Origin: a virus | Lineage: Duplodnaviria > Heunggongvirae > Uroviricota > Caudoviricetes | Strand: one strand, 5' to 3' | DNA length: 33,101 bases | Virus record (IMG/VR): IMGVR_UViG_3300038412_000041 | Part shown: piece by piece, positions 25,993 through 33,101 of the stretch | Layout of the letters: each line of letters starts with the position of its first letter | Numbering within the stretch: position 1 is the stretch's first letter | Program-made: the position numbers and the translations under genes | Notes under the pieces: model-generated | What the model saw: only the letters and a program-made list of their open reading frames with translations | What the model was told of the DNA's origin: nothing | Database searches by the model: none

Positions 25993-26938
25993 AGTTTAGC
26001 GGGCTAATGAGAAGAGTAATCTTCTCCGTCGCACCGCACTCCTTGCAAGTAGTTTCAGCAATTTCCTTAACGTCGTGTTCTACAAGCTCGATCCAGTCTT
26101 CTAATTCGTCTAAAATTTCAGGGTCTGGATGGTCAGTCAACCAACCTTTAAAGTAAGCTCTGCGTTCTGCTATGGTAGAACCATAGTGTTTACGGTTAAT
26201 ATGTGAGGCATATTTGTTATACCAAGCATTTTCAGAGTTTTGTTCTCCTTCTTCGTCTTCTACAAGATCACCAACTCTTGCTACATCAAGGTAAAGACCA
26301 TAGTTTGCAAAGAAGTTTCTTGCAAACTCATTAGCTTCTTCTACCTTTAACGGAACTTCTTGGAGACTAGAATTTGTCATAACAAACTCATTATCCAATG
26401 TATCTGCATTTTTCTTGCCTTCACCTACAGCAGCAACGTGTGTTACATCAACGCAGCGCCAAGGTATGGTGTGTGGGACTTTCTTATAACTGTTAACTCT
26501 CTGCCAGTACATTAACCAGTGAAAATCACCTACAGTAAGATCATAAGGACTCATGGTAATGCAAGCACCCATAGCATCTACTTCGTGGCGAAAAGCTTGC
26601 TCCACGATTGCTCTGTGCATCTTTTGAATCTCATGGCCTGAAAATGGTCTAACAGCTAACGTCTTTTTATCATACAAGGCCAACTTAGATGGCATGATAG
26701 AAGATACGTCAACATATCTTGAATCTGTATGTACTTTTGGATCGGATGCTACTATAGGGGTTTGTGGTGCTGTTTGCAGTACTGGTTTTGGTTGTTGCGT
26801 TTGAGGATTGAGAGGGATAGTGGTTTCTTGCTTTACTGTACCCTTAGTTCCAGCTTTAGCATTCACAGCTTGGACTAGGGCAGCCATATCCATAGTTTGA
26901 GTTTTACCCAGCTTAGGGTTTTTGCTATTAATCGTCAT
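25961..26938 (-). CDS. Tail/baseplate hub assembly chaperone (T4 gp26-like), 325 aa
   Basis: MPS...Y....L.VRPF...E, DLT.GDF..L.Y..R.NSY, C-terminal CKECG; lies between tube and tape-measure genes. Confidence 0.75.
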   Translation of the reverse strand: MTINSKNPKLGKTQTMDMAALVQAVNAKAGTKGTVKQETTIPLNPQTQQPKPVLQTAPQTPIVASDPKVHTDSRYVDVSSIMPSKLALYDKKTLAVRPFSGHEIQKMHRAIVEQAFRHEVDAMGACITMSPYDLTVGDFHWLMYWQRVNSYKKVPHTIPWRCVDVTHVAAVGEGKKNADTLDNEFVMTNSSLQEVPLKVEEANEFARNFFANYGLYLDVARVGDLVEDEEGEQNSENAWYNKYASHINRKHYGSTIAERRAYFKGWLTDHPDPEILDELEDWIELVEHDVKEIAETTCKECGATEKITLLISPLNFLPGRKLRNS

Positions 26939-26970
26939 TTTAAACCTCTGCTAAAAAGCTTAATCGTGAT

Positions 26971-26987
26971 GGATGCCGTTCGCATCC
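26971..26987. terminator. Intergenic GC-rich hairpin GGATGC-cgttc-GCATCC (possible terminator or processing site)
   Basis: 6-bp stem with 5-nt loop in the 57-nt gap. There is no immediate U-run on the coding strand. Confidence 0.3.
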
Positions 26988-26995
26988 GTTCTTTA

Positions 26996-27748
26996 TTACA
27001 GGAAGGTCAATGCTTGAGTTACTAACTGTGATGCATCACTCTTTACTTGTTGAAACAAGGAATTAACAGAGCTTCCATTTTTTGCAGTTGCTACACTTAC
27101 TAACATACCATCAACGCTAAAATTAGCAGAAATGGTAGTTCTTCCAGCTTGTGATGAACCTAAAGAAATGTTGCTTGCTTTTGTAGGCCAACATCCATAA
27201 TACAAGAGAGACATTACTGTTGACTGTTTAGTGTCCTGCAAAACAATTGTTATATTCTGTTTGTACTCTGAAGGATATCCCATTAACCCTGTTGATCTGC
27301 TACCTACTTTATCAAACCAAGATTGTAAGTATCCAGTAGTCGTACCTAACCGATCTTCGTAGAATACCAAAGTAAGACTATCGGTTTCAATTTCTACAGG
27401 CAAATAGATTCGCTGCCCACCACGGAAAATGCCAGGACTAACACCAAACTGAGTTATCGGTAGCTCTGGCACTTCCTCAACGTAAGAAGCTAAATCGTTT
27501 TTATCATTAGGTAATACAACAGACCAGTCTAGGTTTATGTGAGGGTCTGGGCGGTTAATAGCTCTACCTAACCAACCTCTTGGATTAACAGAGCTTAGAC
27601 TGGCCCCAAACTTACCTAAAGCACCACTTGCTTTTCCTACAACTTCATTAAGTCCTTGCTCGGCAGCAGACTGAAGACCACCACCTATAAAATTGGTGGT
27701 GTTCGCCAGGAAATCTGTGCCGTTACTATCGAAGCCGAAGAAAGCCAT
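26996..27748 (-). CDS. Tail-tube-like protein (gp54/gp19-fold tube initiator), 250 aa
   Basis: LP......F.G...YLP......L.L.FYED......Y.QSW...V......G..GYPSEYK.NI.I.L.D. Confidence 0.75.
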   Translation of the reverse strand: MAFFGFDSNGTDFLANTTNFIGGGLQSAAEQGLNEVVGKASGALGKFGASLSSVNPRGWLGRAINRPDPHINLDWSVVLPNDKNDLASYVEEVPELPITQFGVSPGIFRGGQRIYLPVEIETDSLTLVFYEDRLGTTTGYLQSWFDKVGSRSTGLMGYPSEYKQNITIVLQDTKQSTVMSLLYYGCWPTKASNISLGSSQAGRTTISANFSVDGMLVSVATAKNGSSVNSLFQQVKSDASQLVTQALTFL

Positions 27749-27760
27749 TGGTTTTACCTC

Positions 27761-28285
27761 TTATGCTTTACCTGCAAAAATTTGCGTGTAGTCATAAGAC
27801 AGAGTTGCTTGTACAGGTACAGCACTAGATTGAGTACCGTCAAGCTGAACATCTGACATTGACTTGATAAAGGAATTATAAATGTTAACTGTTGCAATTA
27901 TGGATTGAGTATCATCATACAGGTACAATTTCGACGTGGTAGAGTACTGTGCCTTATACGCACCAGTGGTCGCAATAATATCCTTAGAGTAAGCAAGCCA
28001 TGCCTTCAACTTCATAATTACGTATAGATCACGGGTTTCTTGGAACTGCAAGCTAACTTCGTGAGTAAACGTAGTGCGACCAGCAAACTTTAAAGTGATA
28101 CCGTGGAGAGATACCTCAACTTCATCCTTAGTTTCACCAGGGATAGAGGCTTGATTACAACGAAGTGTCAAGCCTCTACCATCACCACTACCGGGAATAC
28201 TAGGAACAAACCACTCAAATTGGTAACTCTGGAGTGGATCAGGTAAAGCTGCAATATCGGATAGCCCAATTCTTGCCATTTTCAA
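27761..28285 (-). CDS. Tail tube protein (T4 gp19-like), 174 aa
   Basis: DPL.SY.F....P......L..RC..ASIPG.....V.V..HG....FAGR..F...V.L.F.E; directly after the sheath gene with AAGGAG RBS. Confidence 0.9.
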   Translation of the reverse strand: MKMARIGLSDIAALPDPLQSYQFEWFVPSIPGSGDGRGLTLRCNQASIPGETKDEVEVSLHGITLKFAGRTTFTHEVSLQFQETRDLYVIMKLKAWLAYSKDIIATTGAYKAQYSTTSKLYLYDDTQSIIATVNIYNSFIKSMSDVQLDGTQSSAVPVQATLSYDYTQIFAGKA

Positions 28286-28298
28286 TTCTCCTTAAATA

Positions 28299-30704
28299 TT
28301 AACCAGCAGCCAGAAGAGCCGCTTCTTGGAAGGACAGACCAGCCTTAGTAATGATAGTTCTCAGCAAGATTCTCTGAGTAGGCATCGTCGGCAGAATGTA
28401 AGTATCCACATGCAGAATACCTTGATTCACGTCATTCAGCGGGTTGTTAGTGCTGTTAGATTCAATATCGTAATTCTGAATCTGACCAGCTTGTTTCTTT
28501 GCTTCCAAGTAATCGGTGATTAAACTAACTATGCGATCTTCTGTAGCAGGATCATCAGCACTCCACAGACTGCCCATCAGCGCTTTCTGGACTGCCTGCT
28601 CAATGTTGTTAATCATTCTACGAACAGGAACGAAAGACAAGGCACTCATTTCTGATTGCAGAGTCCAAGCTTCCATAATGACGTAGCCAAGACCAGGAAA
28701 CTGTCGTACATAGTTAACCTGATTGGCACTCATTAAGTCCATATCCGCTTCGTCATAAACAACACGCACACCGTTTACAGGCAGTACGCCATATTGCAAG
28801 CCAGCAGGAGCTTGTGCAGGACTGCTGTTTGAATCGGCGTAAGCATATTGTGCTGCAACGTATCCACTAACAGGCACAAGAATTTGATTACCATTATAAG
28901 TATCAGTAATCAAGACGTCAGGTGTGTAGAGAGCGGAAGCGTTAGAGTTAAGATTAAGCTTGTTCATTCTGTAATCAACGGCACCTGCTGCTGTCTGTGA
29001 AGTGCTAGGCATATCCAAGATCGTAGTGCAATCCTGACGGGTTCTAGCAATCAAGTCCATCGCTGTTTGAACGGCAGGTGTAGAATAACCACCGTTGATT
29101 AGCATGTTGACACTAACAACGGTTTTGGACACATAATTCTGCCAGGCAGCAATGATATCAGAATCAGCAACAGCAACTCCTGAACTACCACCACTCAAAG
29201 GCATCTTTGGAGTAGAGTATACAAGAGGAACTGTAGTGTAACTTGCAGCAGAGTTGACACAGGCAATATAGTTCGATCCATTGGTTGCATCATTGATGAC
29301 CGTATCCATCTGCGTCTGTTGGCCTAAACCATTAACGTTTGCTTGCAGTGTTACAGCAAACGACTCAACAGGAGACGCACTGTTTTGAGTAAGATCATAT
29401 ATTTGAACACTGAAAGTATTTGTTCCTGTATATGTAGTTGGATACGTCTTTGTGGTATCAGGTACAAGCAGACCAGTATCAGTAAATGAGTTGATTGTGG
29501 TTGTACCCAACAGACCGATAGTGTTGGCAACTCTACCATACACTCTGTAGGAAGTTGCTAGAGGGTCGGCAGTCCAATTCAGTTCAACAACATTACCTGA
29601 TGTTCCAGGAGTGATCGTAGTCATAACTGGCAAAGTTTCACCAGCAGCATTTACCTTAGTGACATAGTATGTGTACAAGGATGCTTGTAACGTGCTACCG
29701 GCAAACGTAAAGTCTTGAACATATACACTGCCAACAAGGTTAAACAAGTATTGACCAGCAGCAACAATGCTTGGAGGTTGTGTAGTTACAAAAGTCCAAG
29801 TGCCAGTTGTTGAGGAATATCTGTAGACACCATTCTGACCTGCAGTAGTTTGGCCGTTAAACAAGCACAGATCATTGTTTTGTACTGTTATACCTCCAAT
29901 GGTCCAGACGTACTGTGTCCAAGAGGTACTTCCAACTGCGGTTACAGTCCAGATATGTGAGGTCGAAGTATCAAAAGCAATAGTTGAGGTACTTTGCGTC
30001 CAAGCACCACTAGTGTTAACAAGCCACACACCATTCTGTGAAGGAATAGTTTGAGCTACAAGCAACACATATTGGCCTGTAGTTAAAGCAATACTGTTGA
30101 TTGTAACTGCACCTGTCAAAGTTGCTTGGTTAGCAAGAGATACTGTTGCTACTTGAGTAGGAGCCGTAAGGTTGTAATTGGTTAATGCAAGTTCCTGAAC
30201 AGTGGTTGACAGAGAAGCAGTAACCGTTCCAAGGGGAACCAGGTTGTTACTAGCAATCCCTACTGCCACATTACTAGCATAAGAGCCAGGTCCAACAGCA
30301 AAGAAATATGCAAGATTCTGCTCAGTGCTGGTTGATCCGTTAATCGAAGAAGCCGGGTTAAAGCTTACAGGGTTCGATAACGGATAGTTGAATTGAGAAC
30401 TAGTATTGACAGACAGGTTCTGCAAAACGGAACCACCATAAACAGCACCTGCGCCAACGGCGCGAGTAGGATATAGTGAATTTGCTTGTTGCAAGAAAGC
30501 CAAGGCACAATAATGTCCATAGCTAACTTGAGGATTAGGTTTCCCATACATTGCAATGAACTGCTTAACATTTGTAGTCCGTTGCATACCAACAGGGCCT
30601 TGCTTGGATGCAAAAACTATAGCAGCGGCAGAGTTGATAGCGTTTGCAATTACCGCCGACAAATCCAACTCTGACAGGTATACGTCTGAATGATTATTAG
30701 ACAT
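28299..30704 (-). CDS. Tail sheath protein (T4 gp18-like) with inserted accessory domains, 801 aa
   Basis: N-terminal VY.SE.DLS, GP......T....F...YG.P. C-terminal APAG...G.L, QVNYVR.FPG.G.VI, VRR..N.IE, G.L.V...I.PT.P...I.L. Confidence 0.95.
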   Translation of the reverse strand: MSNNHSDVYLSELDLSAVIANAINSAAAIVFASKQGPVGMQRTTNVKQFIAMYGKPNPQVSYGHYCALAFLQQANSLYPTRAVGAGAVYGGSVLQNLSVNTSSQFNYPLSNPVSFNPASSINGSTSTEQNLAYFFAVGPGSYASNVAVGIASNNLVPLGTVTASLSTTVQELALTNYNLTAPTQVATVSLANQATLTGAVTINSIALTTGQYVLLVAQTIPSQNGVWLVNTSGAWTQSTSTIAFDTSTSHIWTVTAVGSTSWTQYVWTIGGITVQNNDLCLFNGQTTAGQNGVYRYSSTTGTWTFVTTQPPSIVAAGQYLFNLVGSVYVQDFTFAGSTLQASLYTYYVTKVNAAGETLPVMTTITPGTSGNVVELNWTADPLATSYRVYGRVANTIGLLGTTTINSFTDTGLLVPDTTKTYPTTYTGTNTFSVQIYDLTQNSASPVESFAVTLQANVNGLGQQTQMDTVINDATNGSNYIACVNSAASYTTVPLVYSTPKMPLSGGSSGVAVADSDIIAAWQNYVSKTVVSVNMLINGGYSTPAVQTAMDLIARTRQDCTTILDMPSTSQTAAGAVDYRMNKLNLNSNASALYTPDVLITDTYNGNQILVPVSGYVAAQYAYADSNSSPAQAPAGLQYGVLPVNGVRVVYDEADMDLMSANQVNYVRQFPGLGYVIMEAWTLQSEMSALSFVPVRRMINNIEQAVQKALMGSLWSADDPATEDRIVSLITDYLEAKKQAGQIQNYDIESNSTNNPLNDVNQGILHVDTYILPTMPTQRILLRTIITKAGLSFQEAALLAAG

Positions 30705-30738
30705 GTTTATTAGCTCCTAAAATACCAGAAGTTTTCAT
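30697..30738 (-). other. Possible 13-codon mini-ORF (MKTSGILGANKHV*) with its own AGGAG, overlapping the sheath start
   Basis: AGGAG at 30748-30744, ATG at 30738, TAA at 30699-30697. TTAGGAGC occurs twice, 30 bp apart. Confidence 0.3.
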
Positions 30739-30755
30739 GAGTGCTCCTAATTTAT

Positions 30756-30950
30756 TTATGCTTTAGCCGCAAGACTATCAATGATACGCAGCTTCGGGTA
30801 CTTTACCATGCTATTAGGATGCACGGAAACTCCGGCTCCAAGCTTTACAGTTGCGAAAGGTTGCACATGAACAGTATCTACTGTTCCTTGTTGATTCATA
30901 ATCATTACTTCTGCTTTATGTGAGTAAGGGTTCTGTACAGAGAGAGACAT
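30756..30950 (-). CDS. Small hypothetical (virion?) protein, 64 aa
   Basis: ATG 30950 follows AAGGAG; the TTG start in the ORF track overlaps the upstream gene. Confidence 0.75.
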   Translation of the reverse strand: MSLSVQNPYSHKAEVMIMNQQGTVDTVHVQPFATVKLGAGVSVHPNSMVKYPKLRIIDSLAAKA

Positions 30951-30963
30951 TTTCGGTTGCTCC

Positions 30964-31380
30964 TTAAACAATTATGCACGATATGGAGGTTGCTTTTAGA
31001 TTCAGTGTATTCAATAACGTTATATTGAGAATTGAAGTAGTAACTATGAACAGTGTATTCAATCCAAGGTCCACTTGTTCATTTGACGGCAAAGTTACTA
31101 AAATATGAACAGGTGAGTCACTACTGACAACGGTTACGGCATTACCTGATGGAGCAACTAAAACTTCAGTAGATATCGGACCACCAGAAGGAGCAACTGT
31201 TAATTCAACTTGCTGATCTAGAAAACCACCAGAAGGATTTTGAACTGCTGCTCTCACGTTCATTACATTGCGAATATAACGAGAGGTAGCAACAGAGCAA
31301 GCCAAGTCCAACACTAATGTCTTACCTAAAGAATTAGAACCTGGTGTTGGAATTGAATTTATGTTAGGTCCAAAACTCAT
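30964..31380 (-). CDS. Hypothetical beta-rich protein, 138 aa (paralogue of the C-terminal half of the next gene)
   Basis: AAGAGG RBS; shares LVLDL, SP(V), DLGLNT.F.VT and NTLN motifs with 31423-32106. Confidence 0.8.
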   Translation of the reverse strand: MSFGPNINSIPTPGSNSLGKTLVLDLACSVATSRYIRNVMNVRAAVQNPSGGFLDQQVELTVAPSGGPISTEVLVAPSGNAVTVVSSDSPVHILVTLPSNEQVDLGLNTLFIVTTSILNITLLNTLNLKATSISCIIV

Positions 31381-31422
31381 TGCATACCTCTTTTCATTTC
31401 TTTGACTAAAATTAGTTGAATT

Positions 31423-32106
31423 TCAAATAACTATATACTCGATTTCTACAGGTTCTTGGTTCAATGTATTTGAAATTAACAGGCTTTTTACGTTGTATGT
31501 AACGACGAACATTGTGTTTAAACCTAAATCATAAACGCTTAGACTAGGCATTGTAGCTATAATGGATACAGGAGAGCTTGCTACAACTACCAAGCCTATA
31601 CAGTTTTCAGGTAAATCAATCACTGTTGATGCAGGAACAGTAACTACTGGTAGAGTAAATGATTGTTGTAATAGCTGATTATCAAGATTGTTTAAAACGA
31701 ACCTGAGCGATTTTAAAGGTCGTGTGTAAATATCATTTAGTCTTAACACGTCCAAATCCAAGACTAGTGAATTTGAAAGGTTGAACTTAGGATCAATATT
31801 TAAACATTGCTTTTGACCAGGATACAAAAAGTTTAAGCTAAATCTCTCATGTGAATAAAGTATAAGGAAAGCTCTTAGTTCACCAGCCTGGAATGTTGTG
31901 TACCCTTTAACTACAGAAAATTGTTTGAGAATAGTCTGCACAAGCAGTTCACTAATTAGCTGTCCTTTCTCAGCTACTAATTGCTTTCCATTAGTATTAA
32001 CTGTTATCTTTTCAAGGATTGCAGATGAAGACTTATCTCTCTGGGTTTCAGTACCGTAGAGATAGGTATCTAATGTAACGTCTGCATATGCGGCGTTAGC
32101 AAACAT
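31423..32106 (-). CDS. Hypothetical protein, 227 aa
   Basis: Long ORF; C-terminal ~120 aa are paralogous to the 138-aa protein; no obvious RBS of its own. Confidence 0.75.
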   Translation of the reverse strand: MFANAAYADVTLDTYLYGTETQRDKSSSAILEKITVNTNGKQLVAEKGQLISELLVQTILKQFSVVKGYTTFQAGELRAFLILYSHERFSLNFLYPGQKQCLNIDPKFNLSNSLVLDLDVLRLNDIYTRPLKSLRFVLNNLDNQLLQQSFTLPVVTVPASTVIDLPENCIGLVVVASSPVSIIATMPSLSVYDLGLNTMFVVTYNVKSLLISNTLNQEPVEIEYIVI

Positions 32107-32196
32107 TTAGCAGTTATTAAAATTTGCAAATTCTGGAACAGTCTGTGTTACTACTGTTCCATATTCATTAAATGTAGATAAGACAAACACAGTCAT
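32107..32196 (-). CDS. 29-aa ORF in frame with and abutting the 227-aa gene (TAA-ATG)
   Basis: AAGAGGAAACCAA-ATG at 32196; MTVFVLSTFNEYGTVVTQTVPEFANFNNC*, followed immediately by ATG at 32106. Confidence 0.5.
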   Translation of the reverse strand: MTVFVLSTFNEYGTVVTQTVPEFANFNNC

Positions 32197-32243
32197 TTGG
32201 TTTCCTCTTAAGATTATTAAACAATTCCAGCAGTTTGTTAAAA

Positions 32244-33101
32244 TCAATAAGTAATTACTTCAAGTATTTGCGCCCCAACAAAGCCTGTATTTTGATCTTG
32301 ATAGGTAGCCAATATCTGGCTACTAGATAAAAGTGTCAAACTCATGGCAGATTGCTGTGTTGCAGCGTATGAAGCAACACCCGGTAGTATTCCAGTAGTA
32401 AAACCAAGCGCGGCGTCCATTACAACAGGCACGCAGTAACCAGATGGCTCTGGCACATTTCTATATGTAAAGTATCCCATAGACTTGGATACACAAACCA
32501 TAGCTTGAGGCAGGCCGCTGCCAATGGAAGGAAGAGAAATCGCAGCAGTATTAATGATAACAGAGGTTGATGTCACAGCAAAAACTGCAAGTTGTACCAC
32601 CCCACCTGTATTAAGTTGATAGGATACTAATACACCGGTTGTACCAGGGACAATAGACGCCGTTATAAGAACAGGGTTAACATTATTAGTGCCGGGTGGT
32701 GGCAAATCAACAGGTGTTCCTGCTGTTATAGTTGTACCGGCTATGGCAAGAGATACGGCCCCAAGAAAGCTATTAGTTCCATCGAAATAGAATACACCAA
32801 CACTCGTAGGAGATACGGCTACAGCAACTCCTAAAGGAGAACTAACTGCATTACAAACCTTTATTGTTCCAACAGTAATTGTGGTTCCTGAGACTGTAAG
32901 AACTACTGCTTCAAGAAAGGTAGAAGTTAGATTTTGATAGGTTACTATGCCCGTTGTAGCTGTTAATCCAGCCGACGAAACGTAATTAGTATTAACCGCA
33001 TTACAGACCGTTACTGCACCAGCAGTCACAACGGTGCCTGCCACTGTCAGGACAACAGCCTCTAAAAATGTAGAGACAGTATTCTGGTACGATACTACAA
33101 A
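32244..33101 (-). CDS. C-terminal part of a beta-propeller-like repeat virion protein (truncated at the window edge)
   Basis: The frame is open to 33101 (FVVSYQNTVSTFLEAVVLTVAG...), so the GTG start at 33044 is internal. It carries ~50-aa repeats VxY.N..S.FL.AVVL.V.GT..T.G. Confidence 0.8.
   Translation of the reverse strand, partial: FVVSYQNTVSTFLEAVVLTVAGTVVTAGAVTVCNAVNTNYVSSAGLTATTGIVTYQNLTSTFLEAVVLTVSGTTITVGTIKVCNAVSSPLGVAVAVSPTSVGVFYFDGTNSFLGAVSLAIAGTTITAGTPVDLPPPGTNNVNPVLITASIVPGTTGVLVSYQLNTGGVVQLAVFAVTSTSVIINTAAISLPSIGSGLPQAMVCVSKSMGYFTYRNVPEPSGYCVPVVMDAALGFTTGILPGVASYAATQQSAMSLTLLSSSQILATYQDQNTGFVGAQILEVITY

Noticed and set aside
17737-30704. Interpretation as a bacterial extracellular contractile injection system (Afp/PVC), tailocin or T6SS
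   Set aside because: There is no Afp15-like AAA+ ATPase, no T6SS membrane complex and no bacterial housekeeping context. The gp26-like chaperone, long tape measure, HNH, InPase, SNF2 and overlapping-gene density fit a phage.
8390-30760. T4-type late promoters (TATAAATA-like: TATAAACA near 8395-8402, TGTAAATA near 11724-11731, CATAAATA near 30753-30760)
   Set aside because: All are imperfect matches in AT-rich DNA, which is too weak to call without TSS data.
386-30923. Short plus-strand ORFs (60-140 aa) antisense to long minus-strand genes
   Set aside because: All are nested within well-supported genes, have no recognisable motifs, and run against a uniformly minus-strand operon.
1-33101. 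Stop-codon reassignment (code 15 or 4), as in some jumbo phages
   Set aside because: Genes are full length in code 11, and TAA, TAG (e.g. 6068, 6944, 11734) and TGA (e.g. 4936, 10477, 13183) all end genes at sensible boundaries.
1-33101. CRISPR arrays, tRNA/rRNA genes, IS elements or introns
   Set aside because: I saw no spaced direct repeats, cloverleaf-compatible gaps or transposase motifs; intergenic gaps are nearly all under 70 nt.

Overview
This is the tail and baseplate morphogenesis region of a large contractile-tailed (myovirus, probably jumbo) bacteriophage. GC is about 40% by eye. Genes are densely packed, every credible one is on the minus strand, and many have AGGAG/GAGG-type ribosome-binding sites. 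In transcription order (right to left): a truncated beta-propeller-repeat protein, small paralogous beta-proteins, tail sheath, tail tube, tube initiator, gp26-like chaperone, tape measure with a lytic transglycosylase domain, gp48/54-like, gp53-like, hub, gp5/gpV spike, PAAR, gp25, gp6/J-like wedge, gp7/I-like wedge fused to a Kelch propeller, and a short tail-collar fibre. An accessory cassette follows: a glutaredoxin-like protein, two paralogous Gly-X-Y proteins with Pro at the Y position, two different 2OG-Fe(II) dioxygenases and a coiled-coil protein. The window ends with an InPase-domain protein, hypothetical genes, an HNH nuclease and a 1561-aa SNF2 ATPase. The best candidate for an undescribed system is the cassette at 9830-14980, which looks like a phage-encoded pathway that hydroxylates and matures its own collagen-like or polyglycine-II virion fibres. 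Other notable items are a probable +1 frameshift in the tail chaperone, one FN3-like module grafted into both sheath and baseplate, and a Kelch-baseplate fusion. All family assignments come from motif recognition by eye; no database searches were run.
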